From Nageia nagi (Eukaryota; Plantae; Pinophyta), in assembly GCA_050084985.1 (NCBI GenBank), contig JBITNC010000001.1:116994001-117058000 (forward strand): 64,000 nt of DNA. Reading direction: 5' to 3'. The first letter of the stretch is position 1. Each line of letters starts with the position of its first letter. The notes beneath the pieces were generated by a model. The model worked only from the letters and a program-made list of their open reading frames with translations. It made no database searches and was not told the DNA's origin. Positions 27,201 through 39,200 of the stretch are shown in pieces. The translations under genes and the position numbers were made by a program.

Positions 27201-30200
27201 AAATACAAGCAAATGGGCTCAAGATCATCGTAACGGCTCTCATATCCACGCAAATGGCCCAAATTTCAATGTATATAGCTTATATCGTTGATGGGATGAA
27301 CATGTTGCTCCCACAACTCAAATTGTAATTTTATTTAGTTTTGATTCTAGTCATTTTCAAAAATTTTGTAAATCAATCAATGGGGAAAGTTGAGCACCAA
27401 AAGTCAACTAACCCCCCTCTCATGATCAGTCAGCTTGGCAAGTAGAGCACCAAAAGTCAGCTGACTTAGTCGTAAGAGGCAAATATGTAATATTTTAATG
27501 TTTATTTTTTTTATATAGAATTAGGGAAACACTTGGGAACCTTAGAAATTCTATAAATAGACCCTATGGGGTCACTTTTAAAGAGTGAAAATTTGGAGAA
27601 AATTTTCAAAATTTTTTGTAAAGGAAGAAAATTTTGGAAAATTTTCTGTAACTCTTTTACATGCTAATACAAAGTGGTGACTTAATTTCTCAAGCGATTT
27701 GTCATTGGTGAATTGGTGAATGGATTCTCTTTTGTGGCTCTCTTTCATAGTTTGAATGTTGTCATTTCTTTCCTTAAAAACTTTCGAGTTTTAGGAAAAA
27801 ATAGTTGTTCAAATTTGCAAAAACATTTCAAATTGCTTTAAGTTTGCTACCTTGTACCTCTCGCACATTGAAATAAATGTATTATGAAACTATTTCTTTT
27901 CTACATTTTATTTGAAGCTCTCATTCAAACCTGGTTTCAAAAGTGCACGTTCTACGCTAAGTTTCTTTGATTGCATCGGTCTTGTTAGCGGAGTACCGAC
28001 AATCGGTCTTGCCTTGTGCTCTAGATTCAAAAACAATTGGACAATAGTCATTTGCTTTGAACTAGATTGAATGAATGCAAACTTCATGATTGATTAGAAA
28101 ACGTCTTATTTGAGATAATGCTTTGTTGTGACAATCGTGTTGTGATCTAACCAGTATTGGATCATTCTCACTTTTATTTGCTTATTTTTATCTTTCTTGC
28201 ATTCTTTTTTTACAAAACCAAAACAACTTTCAATCATACCAAAAATACCTTGTCCCTAAAAAAAATGTGAGTTAACAACCTCTACCTCTATCAAACCAGT
28301 TGAGTTCATTCCCTGAAACCATATAAAATTGTGCTACTTTAATGAGAACACGAACAAACCTTTCAATCCTTTCAAGAGGAGGTAAATTACGCTATCTCAC
28401 CTAAATGTTGGGTGCTTTCCCCATCCCGATCATGTGTAGGTGATCATAGACCGGTAGGAAAGGTTTCCATCGCAAGAGAACATAGATAAAATCTAGATAT
28501 TTATAAGATATATGACTTAGCAAATATGTCAAATAATAATTCAAAAAAAAAATTGATGGATAAACCCTCCTTTGAGGGAGAACTTTTTGTCCACTGATAT
28601 AGGGAACTGTTTATCTTAGGCTCCGAGCCAGCAATTGAGGGGCATCCATGCCGTCAAAATCCATCAAGGGCATGATCCCTACCTCTTTTGCACCTACCAT
28701 AAACTCAATAGGATTTTAGATATGTTTCAACAGGCAATGGGGAGACTTGAACATAGGTCTCTCATTCTTGAGAGTTTCAACTACCCATCTCCAACTCGCC
28801 TATTCGTCAATTCATGATAATTCAAAATTTGATAGTTTAGAATCTAGATAATGATAACTCAAAAGAAAAAAAATATAATCCAAAAAACAATTCAAAAAGT
28901 GATAATTCAATATTTGGTAATTTAGAACATTAAACATGGCTAATTCAAATTATAATGTGGCAGATAATCCAATTGATATATTAGATTTTAAAAAATATAA
29001 TTGAGTTGATAGATTTATGAAATTTATAAACAAGGTTGTCACAGACTGGGGGACAGGGAAATGAGGGGACGAGTCCTCAAGGACGCCAGGGAACGACGAC
29101 CCGATTTTAGGAAATGTGAGGGGGACGACAAGTATATATATACTAAAAAATCCCCAGAATTTTCAAATTTAAAAAAAAAAAAAAAAAAAAGAGATATCAG
29201 ATATAGTTTCATTGTTTCATTCATCATTAACATTCATGATTCATCTAGGGACCAATTTAAATATATAACATACTTTGAAAATGAAAATCCGTAACTACTA
29301 ACATATTACCAAGTAACATGTAACATGATTATAAAATGAAAATCAAAAATCTGAATCATAAATGATATATCATAAAATGACAAATCAGAATGAGCCATAA
29401 ATATAGTCTAATAATCATAATGTCATTAAGTTTGAATATGCTAAGGCCCAAAAACATAGTCTTTGACATGAATATGTCAAATAAGTCAAAAATGACAAAT
29501 AAGTGTAAATGACAATGATTTCAATGTGAATATAAAGGCATGTTTTTAGGGTTGGAAGGGTGGAGACCCTCGTGGGACCCAACCCGCTAAAGTTTATGAA
29601 AAAAGAAATAAAGTTGTTTATAAATGATAAACTTGAAGGATATTTTCCAATGTTGATGAATAAATGGCTGAATTTTTCTAAAACATGAAAATGCAATTAG
29701 ACTGACTAAAACATAGATAAATTGTGAGATTGTTAACATGTCTATGATAAGTGCTTAAGCACAAATGAAGAAATTGTAGACGAATATATAATATGCAACA
29801 AAGTGTTCGAAAAGAAATCGCTGGTAAAAAAACCAAAACTTTTATAGGTTAGATTCAAAGTTGCAAATCAAGACGATGATTTCAACAACATGCAAAATGC
29901 AAATGTAGGAGATGAAAATAGACTAGCAGAAGATGATTTTTGGCAATTTAAAATCTATTTATTTAAGTGCTCAAAAAAGCAAAACCATAGGCCAAAACAG
30001 GCATCCATAGTAGAATGCCCAACATTGCAACACCCAAGCCCAAACCTCCCGACACACTAGCACCCAAGCCCAAAACGTCTAGCATTCCAACAACCTAGGC
30101 CCAAAACATGGACACTCTACTCCCAAGCCTCAACAACCCTTATTGTTAAACCAAGTCATTTTTGAATGTATGTGTGTCAATTCTAGCAATTAATATAAAC

Positions 30201-33200
30201 AAAACAATATGTATTCACTATTTATGGCAAATAAAAATACATAAACACATTCACAAGAGAACAATCTTCACCAACCAAGCTCAAATAGAGTAACTCAAAA
30301 TCTAATTCAATGAAAGTTGAGAAGAAACAATATAGCAACATCACAAATATCATTAAGCATTTCATGAAAAGAAATATAACAAATCACAAAATTTGCTCCA
30401 CAAGCTTGTATTTTAGCAAAAAAAATACAATTACCCTCTACTAATTACCAATCACCTATTTATACTACTTTGAATGTGTTTCTTCATTTTATGAATCTTT
30501 TGTAACTTCCTAAGCCTTCAAAGGTTTATTTATGTTTTTTTATCATATTAAGAACTCACTTTATGTTTTATTGAGTTGACAAGTGCAAGTTTATAGACTA
30601 CTTAAATGGTGTTTCATCGATGATCTTGTATTCTTCTAACCAGGCGTCAATGCATAACACGAAATTTTAGTAAATGCCAACAATCCTTTAAATTCTACCA
30701 ATCATTGATAGATTTTGAGTGATATGAATGCTTGTCGATAACCTTTCATCTTACTTCCTATCAAAGCAAAAAAAGAGTCAATTTTTCATTGAGATTATTC
30801 TATATCCAATTGTCAATTGTAATTTCACTTATTGTGACATAGCTTGATTTTTGACAATGTCGCTTCAAATGAATTTTGTCAAAGACATGTTGCTATAAGG
30901 TAACAATTCAAAATGAATAATTATATAATCGATTGATGTGCATTGTAACCATGATTTTAGCTTGATCTTATAATTTTTTCCAAACTATGAAAAACTTTCA
31001 TGTATGTCTTTTCTCAAAAGAGAAGGTCAAACACTTTCTTTCACTTTTGCTATGAATCTCTAGTAATTTTGCTACAAGTTAACTAAGCATTCCCCATTTA
31101 CTATGGTCATTGCTAAAGATACATAGAGAAATTATAAAAAATAGTTTCACAGAGATAGCGATGAAGAATTTTTTCTAAGAAATGACTAAAGATAATATCG
31201 ATCAATTTCACTTTCCAAACTCAAATAGAGAAGACATGATAAGAGATTTCATAGCGATAGCGATACATTATTTCTGCTATGAGTTGACGGAGTAGACATT
31301 CGTTGTTCTTGTCGTCGCTTCCAAAAGTAAGTTGAGAGATTGTCTAGTTCCATAAGGTAGCGACAATTGACTACTTCATAATTAAACACTTCATGCCTCA
31401 TCATGCCTTTCATTACAACCTAACCATAGAGAAATGTATAGTGTCAACTCATAGCAAAAAATGTTTTGCAACATTTTCCAAAGTTATTTTTTAGTTTATA
31501 CCACCAAAACTTATTATCAATCCTAAAAAATAATTATAAACAAATAAACAAAATTAGCTTTTAATAGTATAAATTGCATAGGGCCAACAAGTATTACTAA
31601 AACATTTTTTCTTCAACATGCTTCTTGCCATATTTACAATGGTTCTATCTTTTCTCTCAACTACACCATTTTTTTATGGTGTATAAATTGTAGTGAGTTG
31701 CCTCTTGATTCCATATTGTGAGAAAAATTATTGAACTCATGTGAGCAAAATCCTCCTCCATGATCGATTCTCTAACACTTTATATGAACACTTTCATTCT
31801 CTACCAATGCTTTGAAATTTTTGAACATGTCAGATGCTTCATTCTTATGTTTCAAAAAATATACCCAACATTTCCTTAAAAAATCAGCAATGAATGTAAA
31901 AAAATATGAAGACTTACCCAAACTTTGTGTTTGCATAGGGCCACAAATGTCTAAAGGTACAAGTTGGAGTGGGTATAAGGCCTACCATGCTTTTCCTCTT
32001 GGAAAGTCCTTCCTTGCATTCCAATTACGCATCCTTCACATGTGCTCTTCAACTTAAGGTAGTCCATTTACCAAGTCCTGTGAAGACAAAAATTTCAAAC
32101 TTCTGAAGTTCAAGTGACTAAATGTGAGATGCCAAAGCCAATTCTTAAGTTTAAGTGTCATGTGTGCCAAGATACCCCTTCAGAAGGAACATCTGATTCT
32201 TTGACAAGGAACAATGGTGACCACACAATTTTTATTATTCTTGTAATAAATGGTACATTCATTGTTATCAAAAACAACCATGTACTTCTTCTCTACAAGC
32301 TGTCCAACACTTAACAAATTGTTCTTCTGACCGTCTTTAGTGCCTACATCCATTGTGCCTTTTGCAACCACATCCAAAACATTATTATTTCCAAGTATGA
32401 TCATGGTCTTGAAATTTTCATTCACATAAACCACTTTTTCTTTCCAATCATGTGGTTAGAACAACCAAAATCTAGGTACCAAATGTTTTTACTAGTTTTT
32501 TCAACCATGTGTCTAGTCATAAACAAATTACCTTGTTCTTCGTGTGCATCTTCATCCTCATGTACATAGTGATCTCTTGTATCGCCCTTTGTGGTCTTCA
32601 TTTTACAATATCATGCAATGTGTCCACTTCTATGGCACTTGTTGCATTCAACTCTTCTTTGATCAACCCTTCCATGTCCTCTTCTGGCAGCAATTGTTCC
32701 TTTTCCTCTTCCTCCTCTACCTCTTGTAGAATTATGATTTCCTCTTCTTCCTTGTGCTTGGACCAACTTCATCAATCTTGGAAAAGAATTTTCATCATTT
32801 TCTTTAAAGGTTTCTCTTAGTCTTCCCTCTTATAACATAAAAGAACCCACAAGGCAATCAAAATCAAGTGTACACAAATATTTACTCTCCTCAATAATTA
32901 TTGCAACATAAATCCATCTGTGTAAGAGATTTCAATAACTTCTTGACAACTACCTCTGCTTTCAAGGTCTCTCCAAGTGTGGCCATCTTGTTCACCATGT
33001 CCTTCACTCTAACACAATAATCACTCACTTTCTTAGCCTCTTTCATCCACGAATTCTCAAACTCTTTCTTAAGGGTCTCCAACTTGACCATTCTCACTTC
33101 GTCACTCCCTTGGTAAGCCTCTTTGTAACAACCCAAAATGGTGGGTCACATTCATGAGCACCACATCAACCTGCTATTTTAGCTCATGTAGCGGGGCATC

Positions 33201-36200
33201 CGTCCTTTAGGAGGATTTATTGTTGTTTTTATGCCTTGGTGTCATTTAGTGTGATGTCTCTTTTCTTAAACCGTTCCTTTTTTAGGCATGTAAAAAACCC
33301 ATAGGTCCTATGGAAGCTTGATATCTCACCTATATGGGGATGATCAAGCATAACAAGATGTAAATTAGGAGTGATTTGGTAGTTAGGAGTATTTAGTGAT
33401 TATTTGCATGTGTTTTTAGATATCACTGTAACCTGGGATAGGAGACTTGTGGGTCCTATGACCAATTATGTGCCCCAATGTGGGACATCTCCCTCCTAGG
33501 GGTAGTTAGAAGTAGTTAGTAATATGCTAATTTATCATTGAGATCTTGATACATGATTGTGGTAATCCCAAGGTCAATCCATATATTGTATTGAGGCATT
33601 GGACTCTTGAATGATTCCTAGACTGGGTCTAGGCGTCTAAAGGAGACGTCCACCTACATAAGGCCTTGGCGCATGGTGAGGAAGGGATATTTTGACTTAT
33701 ACATTATTTTCTAGTCTTCTCTTGGAGAGACTGGAACAACGCCATCATCCTCTTGGTGTAGCATCAAGGGAGGGTTAGTAGGCTAAGGGATCCTGCTAAT
33801 CTACAGTTAAGGTGTAGAATCTTAGTCCATCTAGTGGTAATCTAACGTTGCACTTGTACCTGTGGTTTCTATGCGTGGGAGTTTTACAGCAAAGCATCCA
33901 AGTTCGAGTGTGATGAGACTAAAATGGGCTCAGTGGGATTTCACCCAAATCCCTCGTTTCCAAAATCAAAATAACAATCAAAACCACCAAACGTGCCATA
34001 AGTGAGGGATGTTGGTCTTTGAAGTTCCGGATCTCACCAATAAGGCTCAAGATAATGCAAGTAACCCAACGTCTGGTGATTATTGGTAGAAACTTAGAAA
34101 TAAACCATCAAATGTGCCCAAATACCCAACATAGGAAATACGGAAGCCAAATTAAGAATTAACAACATCAAATGCACTCCTAGATCCAATGTCCAAGCAA
34201 TATGAGACAATTGACAAGTAAATAGCAAAATAATGTAATTGTATTCGAATATGAAATGGGATGAATCTAAATTACAATAATGATGCTATGAAGACTTGTG
34301 CTCCAAGGCTCAGATTCGCAATGTGGCAAGGCTTGCACCAAGGCTTCCTCCAACAACTAGTGAAATCTACGAGATCCGCTAGAAATATTCTAATAATCCA
34401 AGGGTAATACCAACACCCTTTAAATAGCTAGCTGTCAACTTGGATTGCACCAACCCCCACGTGTGTGCCCACGTAAGTCCTATACTACACCCCGCTACAT
34501 GTACCTCATTCCAAAGAATGGAATCTAGAAGAGCAACATTCCAACCAAGAGTAAGAAGAATGATAATAATTGCATGCCTTTGGTCTTCCAAGAGTCCTCC
34601 TTATATAAGAAGAGGTAGCTCATCTTCTAATCAAGCGTTGGGGTTGATCCAACGATGTACAAGGGTGATCTGTGTGCTCACATAGCCAACAACCAAGACG
34701 GGAAGTCTTGGGATGGGTGTTGTCACATCCAAGGGCTCCTAATTGCAATGTCTCATGTAGGGGGATTCCCATGTGCATTGGGATCCATAAAATCATCATT
34801 AAAGCCTTCTAGTGTGGCGTTGAGCCTTGGGGTCTTCCATGGTGCCTCGAGATGCCAAATAATAGTCCAATCCTCTAGGTGTGCCATGTCCAAGATGGGA
34901 TGTCTTCTTGGTGCCTCAAGATAGGTGAAATCACCTTGGTTCATGCTCTACGTCGAAAGGGGAGAAATTATTACAAGAGAGGTCCATTAATGCCATTATT
35001 ACAATCATGAAGGCTAAATATATGCAATGCGCCAAATTAGGTGACTAATATTGCATTTACAATTAATAATTGCCTTGGCATCATTAATACAACATTATTG
35101 GCATAATTAAATATAAAATAACTCCTATCATAACAAAATAGGCCCCAACGTCCCATAATTGGAGTAATTAATTAATCTCCAAGTGGAACTTACAATAAAA
35201 GGGCTAAATATCCACTCAATTACTAAAATTAAGTAAAAACACTCCTAAATAAATGTTCCCATTTTACAATGGCGAAATGGGGAAAACACCATAAAAATGA
35301 GGACATTACAATTATGCCCTTCCCCCCAAGCAACTTGGAACATCTTTAGCTGCAGCAGAGTCTTCATGATTCTTCTCTTCCTCTTCCTCATAGTCATTTG
35401 TCATGGAAAAATAAGAATCGACAAACTCTGGCTCAATCCTCTCGATGGCTTCCATCCTTTGAAAACCAACTCCTCTTCCTTCTTGATCTCTCATGCCATG
35501 CAGTAGAACTTCTTGGCCTTGAACTCTAAACTTCATCTCTAGGGTTTTATAGTTGGGGGTGATTTCTCCAAGCGTATATAACCATTGAACTCCAAGCACT
35601 AGATGTGGTAGTCCTCCCAGGGGTAGGATGTATAAAGCGCTAGTAATGGAATAATCCCCAAATTTGACTTTAATATTCTCTACCATCCTTTGGCTTGATG
35701 TGGTGCTACTGTTACCTATGGCCACTTCGAATCCTAGAAATTCACGAGTCTTGAATCTCTTCTTTCTCATGAATTCTTCATCAATGAAGTTATGAGGGGC
35801 TCCCCCATCAATCAGTACCACAACCTTCCTGTTATCAACAAATACTTCCACCTTAATTGTCACGAATTGGGATGGTCCCTTCAAGGTGGCTAGTCCTCCT
35901 CCAATGTCTCTAACTTCAATCTCATGTTGGCAAATATTCAACTCATTATCAGAATCTTCTTTCACCTCAAAGACTTCGAGATACATATTTTGTGCCTTTC
36001 TGTTGCATCGGTGTCCTCTTTCCCATGGATTTCGGCACGTGAAGTAGAGTTTTTTCTTCCTTAGTTCTTCACGAGTCATAGAATCCACTTTGCTTATGGA
36101 CTTTGAAAAGGTAGTGTAGGCTTTCCTCCCATGGGTCCTTTTATTGTCATTGCTAGTGAGGCTCCTATTGTTATTGGTTTTGTCACCGCTCCCTTTGGTT

Positions 36201-39200
36201 TACCGGATCCCTCAAGTAATAATGCTTTGCGAATGGCTGTTGCTAACGTTGGGGGTTCCATGGCCTTGAGTGATGACCTTATGGGGTCTTGCAATCCGTC
36301 CATGAAGAGGTATGTGAGCCTTCCATCATCTACGTATGGGATAGAAACTGCAATCCTTTGGAACTCTTCTAAGCCCTGACTGTAGTGGCTTGCTTGAGCA
36401 TAGCTAACTCCATCATCTATGTTTGGGACAGAAACATTAAAGCAATCTCTTGCTCAACAACAAGAGGAATAAACAATATTAGAGGTACCACATTAGGAGG
36501 TCAGGGATGGAAATATCCCCCTACAAATGGTGGTCCAACACGAAAAGGTATGAGGCATTTTGGCCTGACCTTCTTTGATATTCCTCAACAAAATTCCTTT
36601 GACCACTTAAATGTTAAGGAGATTCTTTTGGAAGTACAAGTATTCTACCATCTCAAGATGTGGATGTATTACCTAAAACACAATCTATTGTGTTGAAAGA
36701 AACCTCATCGATCTAGAAGAATTCGATCCCCCTGCCCTACCATAAATCCCCTAGGGGAAGTAGAGACCTTAGTTGGTACCCAAACTAGAAGCAAATGAAA
36801 AGTAGGGATTGACCTAAGGGTGGAAAAAAGAGTGGGTAGACTCTCAAACAAGGAGCTGAGGCTTAAATATACAAAAGCTGAAATACCTAACAACATTCAA
36901 ATGGTTTTGAATTTGGTAGGCAAGTAGAAGCTATAAATGGAAACTAAAGATAAGGAGATGGCCTCAAAGAACCAACGCCCTATAAACAAGAGGAGAGGGG
37001 AAGATATGTCCAAATTCATCTAAAAGATGAAGTGTAATGTTCTGTTTTTTGGAGTTCCACTCACTTATGATTTTGTAGGGATTCCGTCTTCTACGAGCCA
37101 AGGATTATCTTTTTTCTTCCAGAAATGGATATGACATCTTCTACCAATAGTTTTGATAGGTTATACGACGTGGTTTCATCAAGAAACGAAGGAGATATCA
37201 CACTTTGAAGTTCGCTTCAGAAGCCAGATTTATACTATTGCACGCACGGGTCCCACCTATCTAATTTGTTGTAACTTCATAATTTTGACACTAAAAATGG
37301 GACGTCCCTCCTCTATGACGAATTATTGTTGCTTTTAAGTATTTTAATGTATTTAATTCCTATGATGATGGATTTTCTAAATTGGGTGCAAAAATGAGTA
37401 ATTGAGCACTCCAAGATGGAAAGTCCCTCTTCTAGGGATATAGGAGTGATTTTAAGTTAGCTAGGAGTCTAATTTAGGTAGCCACCTCATACTAGGGAGC
37501 AATTAATAATTTTGTAACCTTAATGAGGAATTAAAATGTCTAGGTTGGGTCAGCCAACCCCTTTGGATGAGAAGCCTACTTTAAAGGCAATTAGGGTCTC
37601 ATTTGAAGCATATGCTTGATTATTATTATTTTGTGGGTGTAAGCCCTCTCCTTTCCTCTTGCTAACAAAAGGGAGGTCTTGAGGTCTAGCATTCCTCTTG
37701 GCTAATACAATTGCTACCTTAAGGCCTAGCATTCATTTTGGATTATCGACTACTATCTTGAGGCGTAGCATTCCCCTAGGGTTACTCGACTGCTACCTTG
37801 AGGCCTAGCATTCCTCTTGGATTATCGACTGCTACTTAGAGGTCTAGCATCCCTCCTAAGTTACCTAACTGCCAACACTACTACAAGCTCTTGGAATCCA
37901 TTAGGAATTCACTCCACCATCACTATAGAGGTTTTTCCAGCTTGAAGGAGGTCGTTCTTGGGGCCTGGCTACCCATTTCAGTCTTCCTAAGGAGGGCGCT
38001 CCATCACCTAGGGTCCTTGAGTTCGTTGCACCACATGATCTGCATCCGGGAAGGTCATTTGAGGATCTTGGCATCATCACTTCAGCCTTCCACTAGGTCA
38101 TCCACCTCATTGGGAGTTCCAAATCTGATTCAGAGGGTTTGTGGGTGAAGATCTAGTCCCCCTAGCTAGGGACGTCTCACTCTAGGGCATCATTTTGCTC
38201 CATTGAGGCATGTAATCATTTCTTTTAGCATTATTAATTGGAGATATATTTTGTGGCATCATAAGAATAATATTTTCAAGGGTATCATTGAGATCTTGCA
38301 TTGAGCTATTGGTCATGTGGTTTATGTGATGAATTTCTGAGTAGATCTCGCCTTTGCATGATTTGTCCCATTTTGAGGCAGGCATTTTGAGTATTTGAAG
38401 TGCATGGAAGGTATGAATGAATTAATGGAAATTTATGAGAATTTTTGGAGATTAATTTCAGCATTATTTGAGCATTTTCGGACGAGCCCTAGTTAGGCTC
38501 ATTACATGAAGATACTTTTTTGGGAGGATAGGCAGTACCCAGAATGAGCTCTGATGGATAGCTCTAAGTAGTTAGAAAGGAGGTCAGGTACCATGTACAA
38601 TTTCTGCCAACCTCTAAGGATACCTTTTGTTAGAGGAAGATCAGTTTCAGAAGGTGGCTTCTCCTTCTATTTGAAAGGACCCCTACTATTACTTTTTTAA
38701 TTGTAAGTTTTTGAGTGGATATTTTCTTTAGATCCAATTGCTTTGGATATTTTCTGCGAGAATATTTCCTATCTTTACCCTTTTGTTTACAAATAGAAAG
38801 AAATAAAAAGATAGGGACTATCAAATTGTTCATAGTTTACTCTCTATTTGAAATCCGAAAAGTTCAATATTTCTATGGGAATCTGCTCCAAGTCTCTAAA
38901 TACTTAATATAAAATCCTAATATAGGAATGAATCGTAAGGCTACAAACATATCATATAAAAGAATATTTCCTTTCTGCACATAATTCGATTGAATACTTC
39001 CAAAGTTTATACAAAAAACATGAAGAATAATTCCTCTACAACTGTTGAAACAACCCTATGCATGCAAGCTGTAACGAATTCATTACGAAAGAATTAATCC
39101 ATTGTGAAGGACTGTAGCCATGCTGAAAACTACTGAAGTATGCTTACCTGGCAATAACAATACCATCTAATGCTATTTTCATCCTCTCATTAATGCAAAG

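Larger units (their letters stand above)
25060..28477 (+). mobile_element. Family F copy 1: 3.4-kb solo LTR with TSD GAACA
   Basis: TGTTGTGCC start, CATCGCAAGA end (CAACA in copy 3), gaaca on both sides, TATA box at 27552, near-identical to 46545-50088. Confidence 0.88.
36421..38640 (+). mobile_element. LINE-1 remnant (ORF1 zinc-knuckle end and ORF2 start) interrupted by a solo LTR
   Basis: NIPYKC..HF knuckle-like relic at ~36510; removing the LTR restores ATG AAG ATA CTT TTT TGG (MKILFW, compare L1 ORF2 MKILSWN). Confidence 0.5.

Noticed and set aside
30850-31570. CACTA subterminal region (TAGCGA repeats)
   Set aside because: No intact CACTA/TAGTG terminus or 3-bp TSD found; too decayed to call.
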